From assembly GCF_007679035.1 (NCBI RefSeq), contig NZ_VEFR01000002.1, forward strand, positions 349,245 through 413,244: 64,000 bases of DNA, in the 5' to 3' direction. Under the pieces are notes generated by a model that saw only the letters and a list, made by a program, of their open reading frames with translations, was not told where the DNA came from and did no database searches. The stretch's first letter is position 1. Each line of letters begins with the position of its first letter. Shown here piece after piece: positions 52,895-62,703 of the stretch. The stretch is from Agrococcus jejuensis (GTDB lineage Bacteria > Actinomycetota > Actinomycetes > Actinomycetales > Microbacteriaceae). The translations under genes were made by a program, and so were the position numbers.

Positions 52895-53200
52895 CCGCAC
52901 ATCCCACGTTCCCCTTCGACGCGCACTCCTCCCAGCTGGTCGAGGCCCGAGCGCAGCGGGGAGCCGTCACGAGACCACGCGACGTGCCCGCACGACGCGG
53001 CCACGCACGTGGCTGGGCAGGAGCTGCGGTCGCGTGGTCTCGTGACGCGTGCTCGCTGCGCTCGCGCGCTCCTCGACCAGCTGGTGGGGTCCGCCCGATG
53101 CCCCTGGCGCTCCGCTCCCCTGACCGCTCCCCGAGGTGCGAGCGAACCGAGCCTCCAGAGGCGCCCGCCGCAGACCCCACCAGGCATCCCCCACCCCGCC
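52895..53200. repeat. Dispersed composite element: B-type hairpin unit plus a CCTCGAGGTGCGAGCGAACCGAGCCTCCAGAGG box
   Basis: It is near-identical to part B of the tandem block at 48100-48790 (CAGCTGGTCGAGG...CGTCACGAGACCACGCGACGTGCCCGC...CGCGTGGTCTCGTGACGCG...CTCCTCGACCAGCTGG). The box shared with 59575-59665 and 62440-62610 follows. Confidence 0.55.
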
Positions 53201-53217
53201 CGGGATACGCTGTGGCG

Positions 53218-53718
53218 ATGCCCGACTCCGTGCCGACGCCGGCTGACGACGCCGCTGCGACCGCATCCCCGAGCCCCGCATCCATCGCGCCCGGCTCGCT
53301 CGTGTGGCGCATCAAGTCGTCGCTCATCGGCTACGTGCGCGGCATGTCCGACGGCGAGGTGCTGGTCGACGACGGCGTGCACGAGACCCCGCACGGCTTC
53401 GCGTTCCCGCCGAGGGGCGCCGACGGCGACACGCTGCGCTTCGGTGGCGTCGTGACGTTCCAGGGCCACAACGGCATGATGCACGTCGAGCTGTCGGAGC
53501 CGTCGCTCACGCCCGTCGGCGACGGCTGGCGCGTGGAGTTCTCCGACCCGGATGCGCCGACGGTGCGGCTGCACTTCGCCGACGTCGCGTCGGTCGTGAC
53601 CGGCGGCGATGGCACGCAGCACGGCACGGGCACGTTCCTCGCCGCCGACGGCGCCGACCTCTTCTTCGGGCCGTACGAGCAGGGCACCCCGCTCGACGAC
53701 CCGTTCGTGCAGGGCTGA
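53218..53718 (+). CDS. HtaA-domain-containing protein with no obvious signal peptide
   Basis: The translation contains LVWRIKSSLIGYV...GFAFP...FGGVVTFQGHNGMMHVELSEP..., which matches the HtaA (heme-binding) domain pattern L.WG.K.SF..Y...F.G.V.F.GH.G.L. The N-terminal 30 aa are low-complexity and not signal-peptide-like. Confidence 0.5.
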   Translation: MPDSVPTPADDAAATASPSPASIAPGSLVWRIKSSLIGYVRGMSDGEVLVDDGVHETPHGFAFPPRGADGDTLRFGGVVTFQGHNGMMHVELSEPSLTPVGDGWRVEFSDPDAPTVRLHFADVASVVTGGDGTQHGTGTFLAADGADLFFGPYEQGTPLDDPFVQG

Positions 53719-53729
53719 CGGAGCCGACC

Positions 53730-54110
53730 GTGGTCGACCTCGCGTGGTGGGAGGTCGAGACGCCGTGGCCCGATCGCTTCCGCGAGTTCCACGGTGCGAT
53801 GTGGGGGTGGACGTTCGAGCCCGCCTTCGAGGACGCGGGGATCGGCCGCTACTGGATCGTGAAGGAGCACACGTCGGCGACGATCGGCGGGCTCTGGGAG
53901 TCGGCGGCGCTGCGCCCGCCGGTCGCCGGCGCGCGCATGTACCTCGTCGTGGAGGACCTGGAGGCGACGCTCGCGTACGCCGTCGGGCACGGCGCGAGCA
54001 TCGAGCGGCAGCGCACGGGCCTCGGCGGCGACGACCGGTGGTTCGCGATCTTCCGCGATCCGGCGGGCGTCTCGTGGGGCATCTGGACGGACAACGAGGC
54101 GGCTGCCTGA
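53730..54110 (+). CDS. VOC-family (glyoxalase / bleomycin-resistance fold) protein
   Basis: The ~126-aa protein starts at a GTG just after the HtaA stop. Typical VOC segments are present (LAWWEVETP...RMYLVVEDLEATLAYAVGHGA...FAIFRDPAGVSWGIW). Confidence 0.6.
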   Translation: MVDLAWWEVETPWPDRFREFHGAMWGWTFEPAFEDAGIGRYWIVKEHTSATIGGLWESAALRPPVAGARMYLVVEDLEATLAYAVGHGASIERQRTGLGGDDRWFAIFRDPAGVSWGIWTDNEAAA

Positions 54111-54124
54111 GACCCGCCGGCGGC

Positions 54125-54200
54125 CCCATCCCCATCCGCTGGTCGAGGAGCGCGCGACCGCAGCGAGCCCGCGTCACGACACTCGAGTCACCCCGAGCAC
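54125..54200. repeat. Partial dispersed element (GCTGGTCGAGGAGCGCGCGACCGCAGCGAGCCCGCGTCACGAC)
   Basis: It carries box 1 plus box 2 of the dispersed family. Confidence 0.4.
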
Positions 54201-54227
54201 CTCGATGAGCGAACCGAGGGGCGCGGG

Positions 54228-54482
54228 TCAGGCGACGACGACCCCGGCTCCGATCGCCATCACGAGCAGGATGAAGCCGACGATGCCGGCGGCCGAGGCC
54301 ACCACGGTGACGACCTTCGGGAAGGCGCGGTCGCGCTGGTGTGCGCGGAATCTCACGACGAGCACCACGATCGCGAGCGCCACCGCGATCGCGCCGAGCA
54401 CGCCGAGCGTCTGGAAGACGGGCGTGAGGTCGGCGGTGAGCGGATCGGAGGGTCCGGCGTCGTCGCCTGCGAGGAACAGCAT
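54228..54482 (-). CDS. Small two-transmembrane membrane protein (hypothetical)
   Basis: The 84-aa protein has two hydrophobic helices (VLGAIAVALAIVVLVV and IVGFILLVMAIGAGVVVA). Confidence 0.4.
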   Translation of the reverse strand: MLFLAGDDAGPSDPLTADLTPVFQTLGVLGAIAVALAIVVLVVRFRAHQRDRAFPKVVTVVASAAGIVGFILLVMAIGAGVVVA

Positions 54483-54565
54483 GGTGTCACGCTGCTCCCC
54501 TCCGGCCCCGCGTCGCGCCGCCTGGACAGCCCACGGGCTCGCCCGCTATGTGCGCCGCGCCCATC

Positions 54566-54642
54566 CGTGCGTCTCGCAGGCGATCCGGGCGAATGAAGGG
54601 ACGATGCCCCCTCTGCCACCCCTGATCGCCTGCGATACGCAA
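54566..54642. repeat. Hairpin element family P3 (third copy)
   Basis: Sequence: CGTCTCGCAGGCGATCCGGGCGAATGAAGGGACGATGCCCCCTCTGCCACCCCTGATCGCCTGCGATACGCAA. Confidence 0.55.
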
Positions 54643-54659
54643 CCGACCCGTCCGAAGCG

Positions 54660-54732
54660 ATTGCGTTTCGCAGGCGATTCCGCGAGCCAAGGGAGCATTC
54701 CCCTCGGCTCGCGGAATCGCCTGCGAAACGCA
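54660..54732. repeat. Long perfect hairpin element family P2 (TTGCGTTTCGCAGGCGATTCCGCGAGCC-loop-GGCTCGCGGAATCGCCTGCGAAACGCA)
   Basis: The 28-bp arms are perfectly complementary around the loop AAGGGAGCATTCCCCTC. It lies downstream of the proX stop (minus strand), which is consistent with a terminator or REP-like role. Confidence 0.65.
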
Positions 54733-54805
54733 GACACGCCGCCCCGCACACGCCAGCGAGGCGGCGACCCGAAGGTCACCGCCCCGCCCGCCGTCGAGGA
54801 TCCGA

Positions 54806-55717
54806 CTACTCGACGACGATCGTGTCGAACGCGTCGGGGTTCGCCTCGAGCCACGCCTCGATGGCCTCGGCCTCGCGGCCGTCCCCGTACTCGTTGACGA
54901 CCATGTCCTCCAGCGATGCGTACTGCTCGTCGGTCAGCTGGATGCCGGCGATGTACTCCGCCGCCTCGGGGAACTCGTCCGCGAAGCCGTCGGTGCCGAG
55001 GAAGTGCAGGCCCTCCGTGCCGCCCATGAGGCCGTTCGGGTCCTCGAGCGCGCGCAGGTCGTACGCCTCGTTCGCCCAGTACGGCGCCCACGAGGTCACG
55101 ACGATGTCGCGCTCGGCGGCGATGGCCGTGTCGAGCTCGGCGAGCATCGCGGCGGTCGAGGAGGTGACGAGCTCGTAGTCGTCGAGGCCGGCCTCGGGCA
55201 TCATCGACTCGGTCTGGGCGGTGAGGCCCGCGCCGGGCTCGATGCCGACGATCTGGCCGCCGAAGCGGTCCGCCTGGCCGACGAGCTCGTCGATCGACGT
55301 GATGTCGACGTAGTCGGGCACCGACAGGTTGAGGCTCGCGCCCTCGTAGTACGTGCCGAGGTCCTCGATGCTGTCGCCGTACTCCTCCATGTAGGAGGCG
55401 TGGGTCAGCTCGGGCCATGCCGACGGGTAGATGTCGACGTCGCCCTGGGCGAGGCCCGTATAGAGCGGGCCCGCCTCGGTGAGCTCCTGCATCTCGACGG
55501 TGTAGCCGAGCTGCTCGAGCTGGTTCTCGAGCAGGTAGGCGGTCGAGAGGCCGTCGGTCCACGAGGGCAGGAAGCCGAGCGTGATGGTGCCGAGGCTGTC
55601 GCCGGAGCCCTCGCCCGAGCCTCCCTCGGTCTGGTTGCCGGTGGCGCAGCCGGTGAGCGCGAGCGCGGCGGCGGCGCCGATCGCGGCGATGCCGGTGAGA
55701 CGGGTGCGATGCATCAT
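54806..55717 (-). CDS. proX: Glycine-betaine/proline ABC transporter substrate-binding lipoprotein (ProX / OpuAC-like)
   Basis: The lipobox is LALTGCATG and the translation matches the OpuAC family. It is the last gene of the proVWX operon. Confidence 0.8.
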   Translation of the reverse strand: MMHRTRLTGIAAIGAAAALALTGCATGNQTEGGSGEGSGDSLGTITLGFLPSWTDGLSTAYLLENQLEQLGYTVEMQELTEAGPLYTGLAQGDVDIYPSAWPELTHASYMEEYGDSIEDLGTYYEGASLNLSVPDYVDITSIDELVGQADRFGGQIVGIEPGAGLTAQTESMMPEAGLDDYELVTSSTAAMLAELDTAIAAERDIVVTSWAPYWANEAYDLRALEDPNGLMGGTEGLHFLGTDGFADEFPEAAEYIAGIQLTDEQYASLEDMVVNEYGDGREAEAIEAWLEANPDAFDTIVVE

Positions 55718-55767
55718 GTCCTCTTTCGTGTGTCGTTCGTGCGTTGCGTATGGATGGAGGGGATGGG

Positions 55768-56693
55768 TCAGGCGACCTGCGCGAGGCCGCGCTGCGCGTC
55801 GCTCACGACGGCGCGCTTCGAGGCCGCACGCCGGCGCTGCAGGATGCCGAGCAGCGACCAGCGGTAGTCGCGGGCGGCGCCGAGCGCAGCGGTGAGGCGG
55901 TCGAGGTAGACGGCGATGATGACGACGCTCAGGCCGGCCTCGACGCCCGTGGCGATGTCCACGGTCGACATGGCCTGCACGATCTCGGAGCCGAGCCCGG
56001 GGGCGCCGGCGATGCCGGCGATGACGGCCATCGACAGCGCGAGCATGATGACCTGGTTGATGCCGGTCATGATCGTGGGCATCGCCAGCGGCAGCTGCAC
56101 GCCGCGCAAGATCTGCCCGGGCTTCGCGCCGAAGGCGTACCCGGCCTCGACGGTCTCGCCGTCGACGCCGCGGATGCCGAGCTCCGTGAGCCGCACGCCG
56201 GGCGGCAGCGAGAAGATGATCGTCGCCACGAGGCCCGGCACGACGCCGATCGAGAAGAAGACGATCGCCGGGATGAGGTAGACGAAGCCGGGCATGGCCT
56301 GCATGAGGTCGAGGATCGGCCGCAGGATGGCGCTGAACCGGTCGCTGCGCGCGGCGAGGATGCCGAGCGGCACGGCCACGAGCACGGTCACGACGGTGGC
56401 GACGAGCACGAGCGCGAGCGTCTGCATCGCGGTGATCCACTGGCCCATGCCGAGGATGAGCGCGAACGTGATGGCGGTGCCGAGGGCGAACTGCCACGAG
56501 CGCAGCAGCCAGGCGAGCAGCGCGGCGATCACGATGACGACGACGATGGGCGTCGACACGAGCAGCTCGGTGAGCGAGCGCACGAGCGTGCCCATCACCA
56601 TCGAGAGCGTGCCGAGCAGCCAGTCGAGGTTGTCGCGCATCCAGCGCACGGCGTCCTCGGCCCACATGCCGATGGGGATGCGGAAGCCATCCA

Positions 56694-56694
<1 letters not shown>
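55768..56694 (-). CDS. proW: Glycine-betaine/proline ABC transporter permease (ProW / OpuAB-like)
   Basis: The 308-aa polytopic protein has BPD_transp_1-type segments. Confidence 0.85.
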
Positions 56695-57977
<1,283 letters not shown>

Positions 57978-58398
57978 GTGCACCTCACGCCGCCGCGCAG
58001 GATGGCGCGCGGCAGCATCGGTCGCGTCCGGGTCAGCGGTCCGGCGGCGCGCATCCATGACGGACGGCGCACGGCGCGGATGTCGGATCTGCGCCACGGG
58101 CCACCGACCGTACGCTCGCCGGTCTGGTGCCGCGGTGCTCACGCACCTGCAGGCATCACCAGCGACCGCGGACTGGTCGGATCGGGCCCCGAGGGACCGC
58201 ATCCACCATGTCTCCGAGGATTGCTCGATGCAACCGCGCTGAGGGCTTGCGCACTGCTGGCACCGCGACTATCACGTGCGTGCGTAGCAAAGCCTCGTGC
58301 ATGCTTCCCGGCCGCGATCGTGCGCCGAACGTTGCCCTTTCGTGACCTTCCCGCGCGGGTCGGCGGGCGGTCGGCGCCCCCTGCTATGCCCGCCTCGG

Positions 58399-58471
58399 AT
58401 TGCGTTTCGCAGGCGATTCCGGGCTCCGAGGGAGCATTCCCCTCGGCTCCCGGAATCGCCTGCGAAACGCA
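58399..58471. repeat. Long hairpin element family P2 (second copy, with compensatory arm changes)
   Basis: Sequence: GATTGCGTTTCGCAGGCGATTCCGGGCTCCGAGGGAG-CATTC-CCCTCGGCTCCCGGAATCGCCTGCGAAACGCAATC. Inner-arm positions differ from copy 1 but pairing is retained. Confidence 0.65.
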
Positions 58472-58482
58472 ATCGGCGGCAC

Positions 58483-58848
58483 CTAGCCGGCGTCCTCCAC
58501 GAGGTTCAGCTGGGTGCCGTCGAGGTCGACGAGGTAGCCGATGCGCAGGCCGCTCGCCTCGCGCCGCACGGGGTGCAGGCGAGGGCAGCCGGTCGTCGCC
58601 TCGGGCACGCCGGCGGCACGGATGTCGGCCACGAGCGCGTCGACGTCGGCGACGCGCAGCACGCACATCGCGGCCGTCGTCGCCGGGTCGACGTCGGGCT
58701 GGTGCGAGAACTCCAGCTGCACGGTGCCGCGCCGCAGGATGAGCCAACCGTCGTCGTCGAAGGTGCGCTCGAACCCCAGCGAGCCGTAGAACGCGGTCGT
58801 CGCCTCGAACGATCGCGACGGCAGCACGGGGATGGCGCGGTCGCTCAT
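58483..58848 (-). CDS. VOC-family (glyoxalase / bleomycin-resistance-like) protein
   Basis: The translation is 121 aa (MSDRAIPVLPSRSFEATTAFYGSLGFERTFDDDGWLILRRGTVQLEF...). Confidence 0.6.
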   Translation of the reverse strand: MSDRAIPVLPSRSFEATTAFYGSLGFERTFDDDGWLILRRGTVQLEFSHQPDVDPATTAAMCVLRVADVDALVADIRAAGVPEATTGCPRLHPVRREASGLRIGYLVDLDGTQLNLVEDAG

Positions 58849-59513
58849 CCCGGGTCGACCCCGAAGTCGCCGCCGCGCGCATCCGCCACCCGGCGCTCGG
58901 CCTCGGGCACGTGCTGCTTCGCGTCCTCGTACGCGGCCGGCGTCTCGCCCTCGGCCGTCGGGCCCGGCGACGGGCGGTAGATGGTGCGCAGCATGCCGGT
59001 GGGCAGCGCCTCGGCGTGCTCGAGCGCGAAGTGCTGCATGGCGCCGTCGTCGAACAGGCGCTCGCCCGCCCGCGCCGCGACGGGGTGGATGAGCAGCCGC
59101 AGCTCGTCGAGCTCGCCCGCCGCGAGCAGCTGCCGCACGATCGAGAGCGAGCCGGCGACGAGCACCTTGTCGACGCCTTCGGCGCGGAGCGCGCGAGCGG
59201 CAGCGACGACGTCGTCGGTGCGCTCGACCGCGCGCCAGCCGAGCTCCTGGTCGCCGCGGGTGGCGACGACCTTGCGCAGGTCGCCGAGCTCCTTGGCGAA
59301 GCCGGCATCCTCGCCACCCGCCGCCTCGCGATCGGGCCAGGCGCCGGCGAACGAGTCGTAGGTGACGCGGCCGAGCAGCAGGGCGTCGGCACCCGCGTAG
59401 TCCTCGCCGACGGCGGCGCCGACCGCGTCGTCGAAGTACGGGAAGTGCCAGTCGGGGTCGATCTCGGCGACGCCGTCGAGCGAGATGAACAGGGTCGAGA
59501 CGATCGTCGTCAC
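58845..59513 (-). CDS. Dihydrofolate-reductase-family protein (RibD C-terminal-domain-like)
   Basis: The 222-aa protein starts VTTIVSTLFISLDGV, followed by LLLGRVTYDSFAGAWP and LIHPVAARAGERLF. The start is a GTG preceded by GGAGGTG. Confidence 0.7.
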   Translation of the reverse strand: MTTIVSTLFISLDGVAEIDPDWHFPYFDDAVGAAVGEDYAGADALLLGRVTYDSFAGAWPDREAAGGEDAGFAKELGDLRKVVATRGDQELGWRAVERTDDVVAAARALRAEGVDKVLVAGSLSIVRQLLAAGELDELRLLIHPVAARAGERLFDDGAMQHFALEHAEALPTGMLRTIYRPSPGPTAEGETPAAYEDAKQHVPEAERRVADARGGDFGVDPG

Positions 59514-59574
59514 GCCGCACCTCCGTCGGTCGGGTCCGTTCGACCCTACGCCCCCGACCGCGCCTGACCGATGC

Positions 59575-59665
59575 CCGCCTCCTCGAGCTCGTGACGCAGT
59601 GCGCCGCCCCCATGCCCGCTCCTCGAGGTGCGAGCGAAGCGAGCCTCGAGAGGAGCCCCACCGAC
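59575..59665. repeat. Dispersed element with the CCTCGAGGTGCGAGCGAAGCGAGCCTCGAGAGG palindromic box
   Basis: The same box is found at 62440-62520 and, in variant form, at 12740-12780 and 53110-53160. Confidence 0.5.
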
Positions 59666-59844
59666 GACGCCAGCCCCCGCATGCGCACGCCGCCGACCAC
59701 GGGAGCGACACCGGCTGCCTATGACCTCCCCATGGCTTGCAGCCAGAAGCGTCGCTACCAGCCCACGAGCCGACCGGTGTTCCGTATCCTGAGCAGACCC
59801 ATTCCCTGACCCACGAGAGAGCAACCCCCGTGAGCCATCGAAGC

Positions 59845-59940
59845 CCCGCCTCCGACTCGGAGTGCCACAGTCCCAGCCCCGACTCGGAGGGACGAAGTCC
59901 CGACTCCGACTCGGAGGGCCGAAGGCCCAGCCCGACCCTG
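59845..59940. repeat. Three tandem ~31-bp units, each with CGACTCGGAG and a short GNA-loop hairpin (GGGACgaaGTCCC / GGGCCgaaGGCCC), 30-120 bp upstream of the first CNNM gene
   Basis: Sequence: gcctccgactcggagtgccacagtcccagc / cccgactcggagggacgaagtcccgactc / cgactcggagggccgaaggcccagcccg. Confidence 0.45.
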
Positions 59941-59969
59941 ATGCGCCGCCCCCGAGGGGGTGAGGACCA

Positions 59970-61385
59970 GTGATCGAGGCAGTGCTCACGCTGCTGCTGG
60001 GCGTGCTGCTGACGTTGGCGATCATCGCCGCGTGCGGCTTCTTCGTGGCGCAGGAGTTCGCCTACATGTCGGTCGACCGCTCGCGGATCGCAGCGAAGGC
60101 ATCCGCCGGCGACGCGCAGGCGAAGCGCGTGCAGGAGATCACGAAGCGCACGTCGTTCATGCTGTCGGGCGCGCAGCTCGGCATCACCGTGACGGGCCTG
60201 CTCATCGGCTACGTCGCGGAGCCGCTCATCGGCGAGTCCCTCGGCGTGCTGCTGGGCGGCGTCGGCATCCCCACGGGTGTCAGCGTGCTCATCGGCACCA
60301 CAGGCGCACTCGTGCTGGCGACGATCGTCACGATGATCTTCGGCGAGCTGTACCCGAAGAACTACGCGATCGCGAACCCCGAGCCGCTCGCTCGCGCGCT
60401 CGCCATCCCGACGCGCATCTACCTGCTGGCCTTCGGCTGGCTCATCACGGTCTTCGACCATGCGGCGAACGCGCTGCTGCGCCTCGTGCGCATCGAGCCG
60501 CTCGAGGACGTGGATGCGAGCGCCAACCGCACCGACCTCGAGGCGATCGTCGAGGAGTCGCGGATCAGCGGGCACCTGCCCGCCGACCTGTCGATGATGA
60601 TCGACCGCATCCTCGACTTCCCGCAGCGCGACGTGGAGCACGCGATGGTGCCGCGGTCGCGCGTGGATGCCGTGGCGCCGGAGTCCACGATCGGCGAGGT
60701 GCGGGCGCTCATGGCGACCGGCCACACCCGCTATCCCGTGGTCGACGAGCACGACTCCCCCGTGGGCGTCGTGGCGCTCGTCGACGTGCTGCGCTCGACC
60801 GCGCCGCTGACCACGCCCGTCACCGAGGTGATGACGGAGGCCGTGGTGCTGCCCGCGACGATGCTGCTGCCCGCTGCGCTCGACCGCATGCAGCGCACCC
60901 GCAACGAGCTCGTCTGCGTCGTCGACGAGCACGGCTCGTTCGACGGCATCCTCACGATCGAGGACCTGACCGAGGAGGTCGTGGGCGAGATCGTCGACGA
61001 GCACGACGCCGACGAGATCGCCGTCGTCGCGAGCGGCGACCACGCGTGGGTGCTGCCGGGCGACGTGCACGTCGACGAGGTCGAGCGCCTCATCGGCCAC
61101 GACCTGCCCGAGGGCGACGACGAGACGATCGCGGGCGTCGCCATCCGCCACCACGGCGACCTGCCGGTGGTCGGCGACCTCGTGCGGGTCGACCTGCCCG
61201 AGGAGGCCGGCGAGATGGTCGAGGGCATCGAGATCGACCGCTGGCTCGAGATCGAGGTCACCGAGGTCGAGCGGCACGTGCCGTCGCAGGTGGCGCTGCG
61301 GCTGCTGACGCTCGACCGGAACGCGGATGCCGACGAGGCCGATGCGGTCGACGCGTCGGCCGCGGACGAGGAGGTGGCCCGATGA
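59970..61385 (+). CDS. CNNM/CorC-family (hemolysin-family) membrane protein: DUF21, CBS pair and CorC_HlyC domains
   Basis: The 471-aa protein has N-terminal transmembrane helices, then CBS-pair segments (MVPRSRVDAV...VVDEHDSPVGVV) and a C-terminal transporter-associated domain. The start is a GTG after GGGGTGAGGA. Confidence 0.85.
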   Translation: MIEAVLTLLLGVLLTLAIIAACGFFVAQEFAYMSVDRSRIAAKASAGDAQAKRVQEITKRTSFMLSGAQLGITVTGLLIGYVAEPLIGESLGVLLGGVGIPTGVSVLIGTTGALVLATIVTMIFGELYPKNYAIANPEPLARALAIPTRIYLLAFGWLITVFDHAANALLRLVRIEPLEDVDASANRTDLEAIVEESRISGHLPADLSMMIDRILDFPQRDVEHAMVPRSRVDAVAPESTIGEVRALMATGHTRYPVVDEHDSPVGVVALVDVLRSTAPLTTPVTEVMTEAVVLPATMLLPAALDRMQRTRNELVCVVDEHGSFDGILTIEDLTEEVVGEIVDEHDADEIAVVASGDHAWVLPGDVHVDEVERLIGHDLPEGDDETIAGVAIRHHGDLPVVGDLVRVDLPEEAGEMVEGIEIDRWLEIEVTEVERHVPSQVALRLLTLDRNADADEADAVDASAADEEVAR

Positions 61386-62398
61386 GCTGGTGGGTCGTCG
61401 CACTGATCACGACGCTGCTCATCGTCGCGAGCGCGTTCTTCGTCATCGTCGAGTTCGCGCTGCTCGCCGCGCGCCGTCACCGGCTCGAGGAGGAGGCGCC
61501 TCGCAGCGCATCCGCTCGCGCCGCGCTGCGCGGCGTCAACGAGCTCACCGTCATGCTCGCGTTCGCGCAGCTCGGCATCACGCTGTGCACCTTCCTGCTC
61601 GGCGCGATCACGAAGCCCGCGATCGACTACGCGCTGTCGCCCGTGTTCGAGGCCTGGGGGCTGCCCTTCTGGGCGGCCGACGTGCTGGCGTTCATGCTCG
61701 CGCTCGTCGTCGTCACCTTCCTGCACCTCGTCATCGGCGAGATGGCACCGAAGTCGTGGGCGATCGCGCACCCCGAGACGGCCGCGAAGGCGACCGGCAT
61801 CCTGGCGCGTGCCATGACCTGGCCGCTGCGCCCGTTCCTGCTGTGGATCAACCACATCGCGAACCGGCTGGTGCAGGCGTCGGGCGTCGAGCCCGTCGAG
61901 AAGGCTGCCGCGGGCGGGCAGGACATCGACACGATCCGCGAGCTCGTCGCGCACTCGAAGGCCGCGGGCGTGCTCGAGACGCAGTACTCGGAGCCGATCG
62001 CCAAGGCGATCTCGCTCACGACGCTCACGATCGGCGACGTCGTGCAGACGCATGCGGCGCCGACGTCGGTGCCCTCGTCGGCGTCCGCTGCGGACGTGCA
62101 GGCGGCGTCGGCCGCGTCGGGTCACCTGCGCGTGCTCGTCGGCTCGGGTGCGGGCGCACGCGTCGTGCACGTGCGCGACACCCTCGCCGTCGCGGCGTCG
62201 ACCCCGGTCGAGTCGCTGGCGCGGGATGCGTTCGCGGTGACGCCGGACACGTCGGTGCACGACGCGCTCGCGCGCATGCGCCGCGAGCGCGTGCAGCTGG
62301 CGACGGTCGTCTCCGACTCATCGCTCGTCGGCGTCGTGACGCTCGACGACCTCCTGCGCGAGGTGCTCCCCGGCCCGGCCGACCCCGTCCCCGCCTAG
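61382..62398 (+). CDS. Second CNNM/CorC-family membrane protein (DUF21 plus CBS pair)
   Basis: The 338-aa protein has a start that overlaps the upstream stop (ATGA). It lacks the C-terminal CorC_HlyC module. Confidence 0.8.
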   Translation: MSWWVVALITTLLIVASAFFVIVEFALLAARRHRLEEEAPRSASARAALRGVNELTVMLAFAQLGITLCTFLLGAITKPAIDYALSPVFEAWGLPFWAADVLAFMLALVVVTFLHLVIGEMAPKSWAIAHPETAAKATGILARAMTWPLRPFLLWINHIANRLVQASGVEPVEKAAAGGQDIDTIRELVAHSKAAGVLETQYSEPIAKAISLTTLTIGDVVQTHAAPTSVPSSASAADVQAASAASGHLRVLVGSGAGARVVHVRDTLAVAASTPVESLARDAFAVTPDTSVHDALARMRRERVQLATVVSDSSLVGVVTLDDLLREVLPGPADPVPA

Positions 62399-62439
62399 CA
62401 GCGTCGAGGGTCTCGGCCCGATATGAGGGCACATCGGGC

Positions 62440-62610
62440 CGAGACCCTCGACGCCACTGCCCGCTCCTCGAGGTGCGAGCGAGGCGAGCCTCGAGAGGGG
62501 CCCCGATCGAGGCCGCTCCCCCACCAGCTGGTCGAGGAGGCCGCTCGCGCAGCGAGCAGCCGTCACGAGACCCGAGTCACGACCGGCGCACCGGCCCGCG
62601 ACCACGCAGG
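62440..62610. repeat. Composite dispersed element (CCTCGAGGTGCGAGCGAGGCGAGCCTCGAGAGG box plus CCAGCTGGTCGAGGAGG...CGTCACGAGAC boxes)
   Basis: It combines the three boxes seen separately at other loci. Confidence 0.5.
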
Positions 62611-62703
62611 CATGACGCCGCATGACGCCCACCCCTCGCCACCCCTGACGCGCGCCCGTACCGTCGCCGCCAGGGACAGCCACCGCATCCGAGGGAGCTC
62701 GCC

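Noticed and set aside
58139-59392. A 417-aa minus-strand ORF overlapping the VOC and DHFR-family genes, and plus-strand ORFs 58297..58980 and 58911..59567.
   Set aside because: They are in the wrong frame relative to recognisable VOC and RibD_C translations, and their composition is Arg/Ala-rich.
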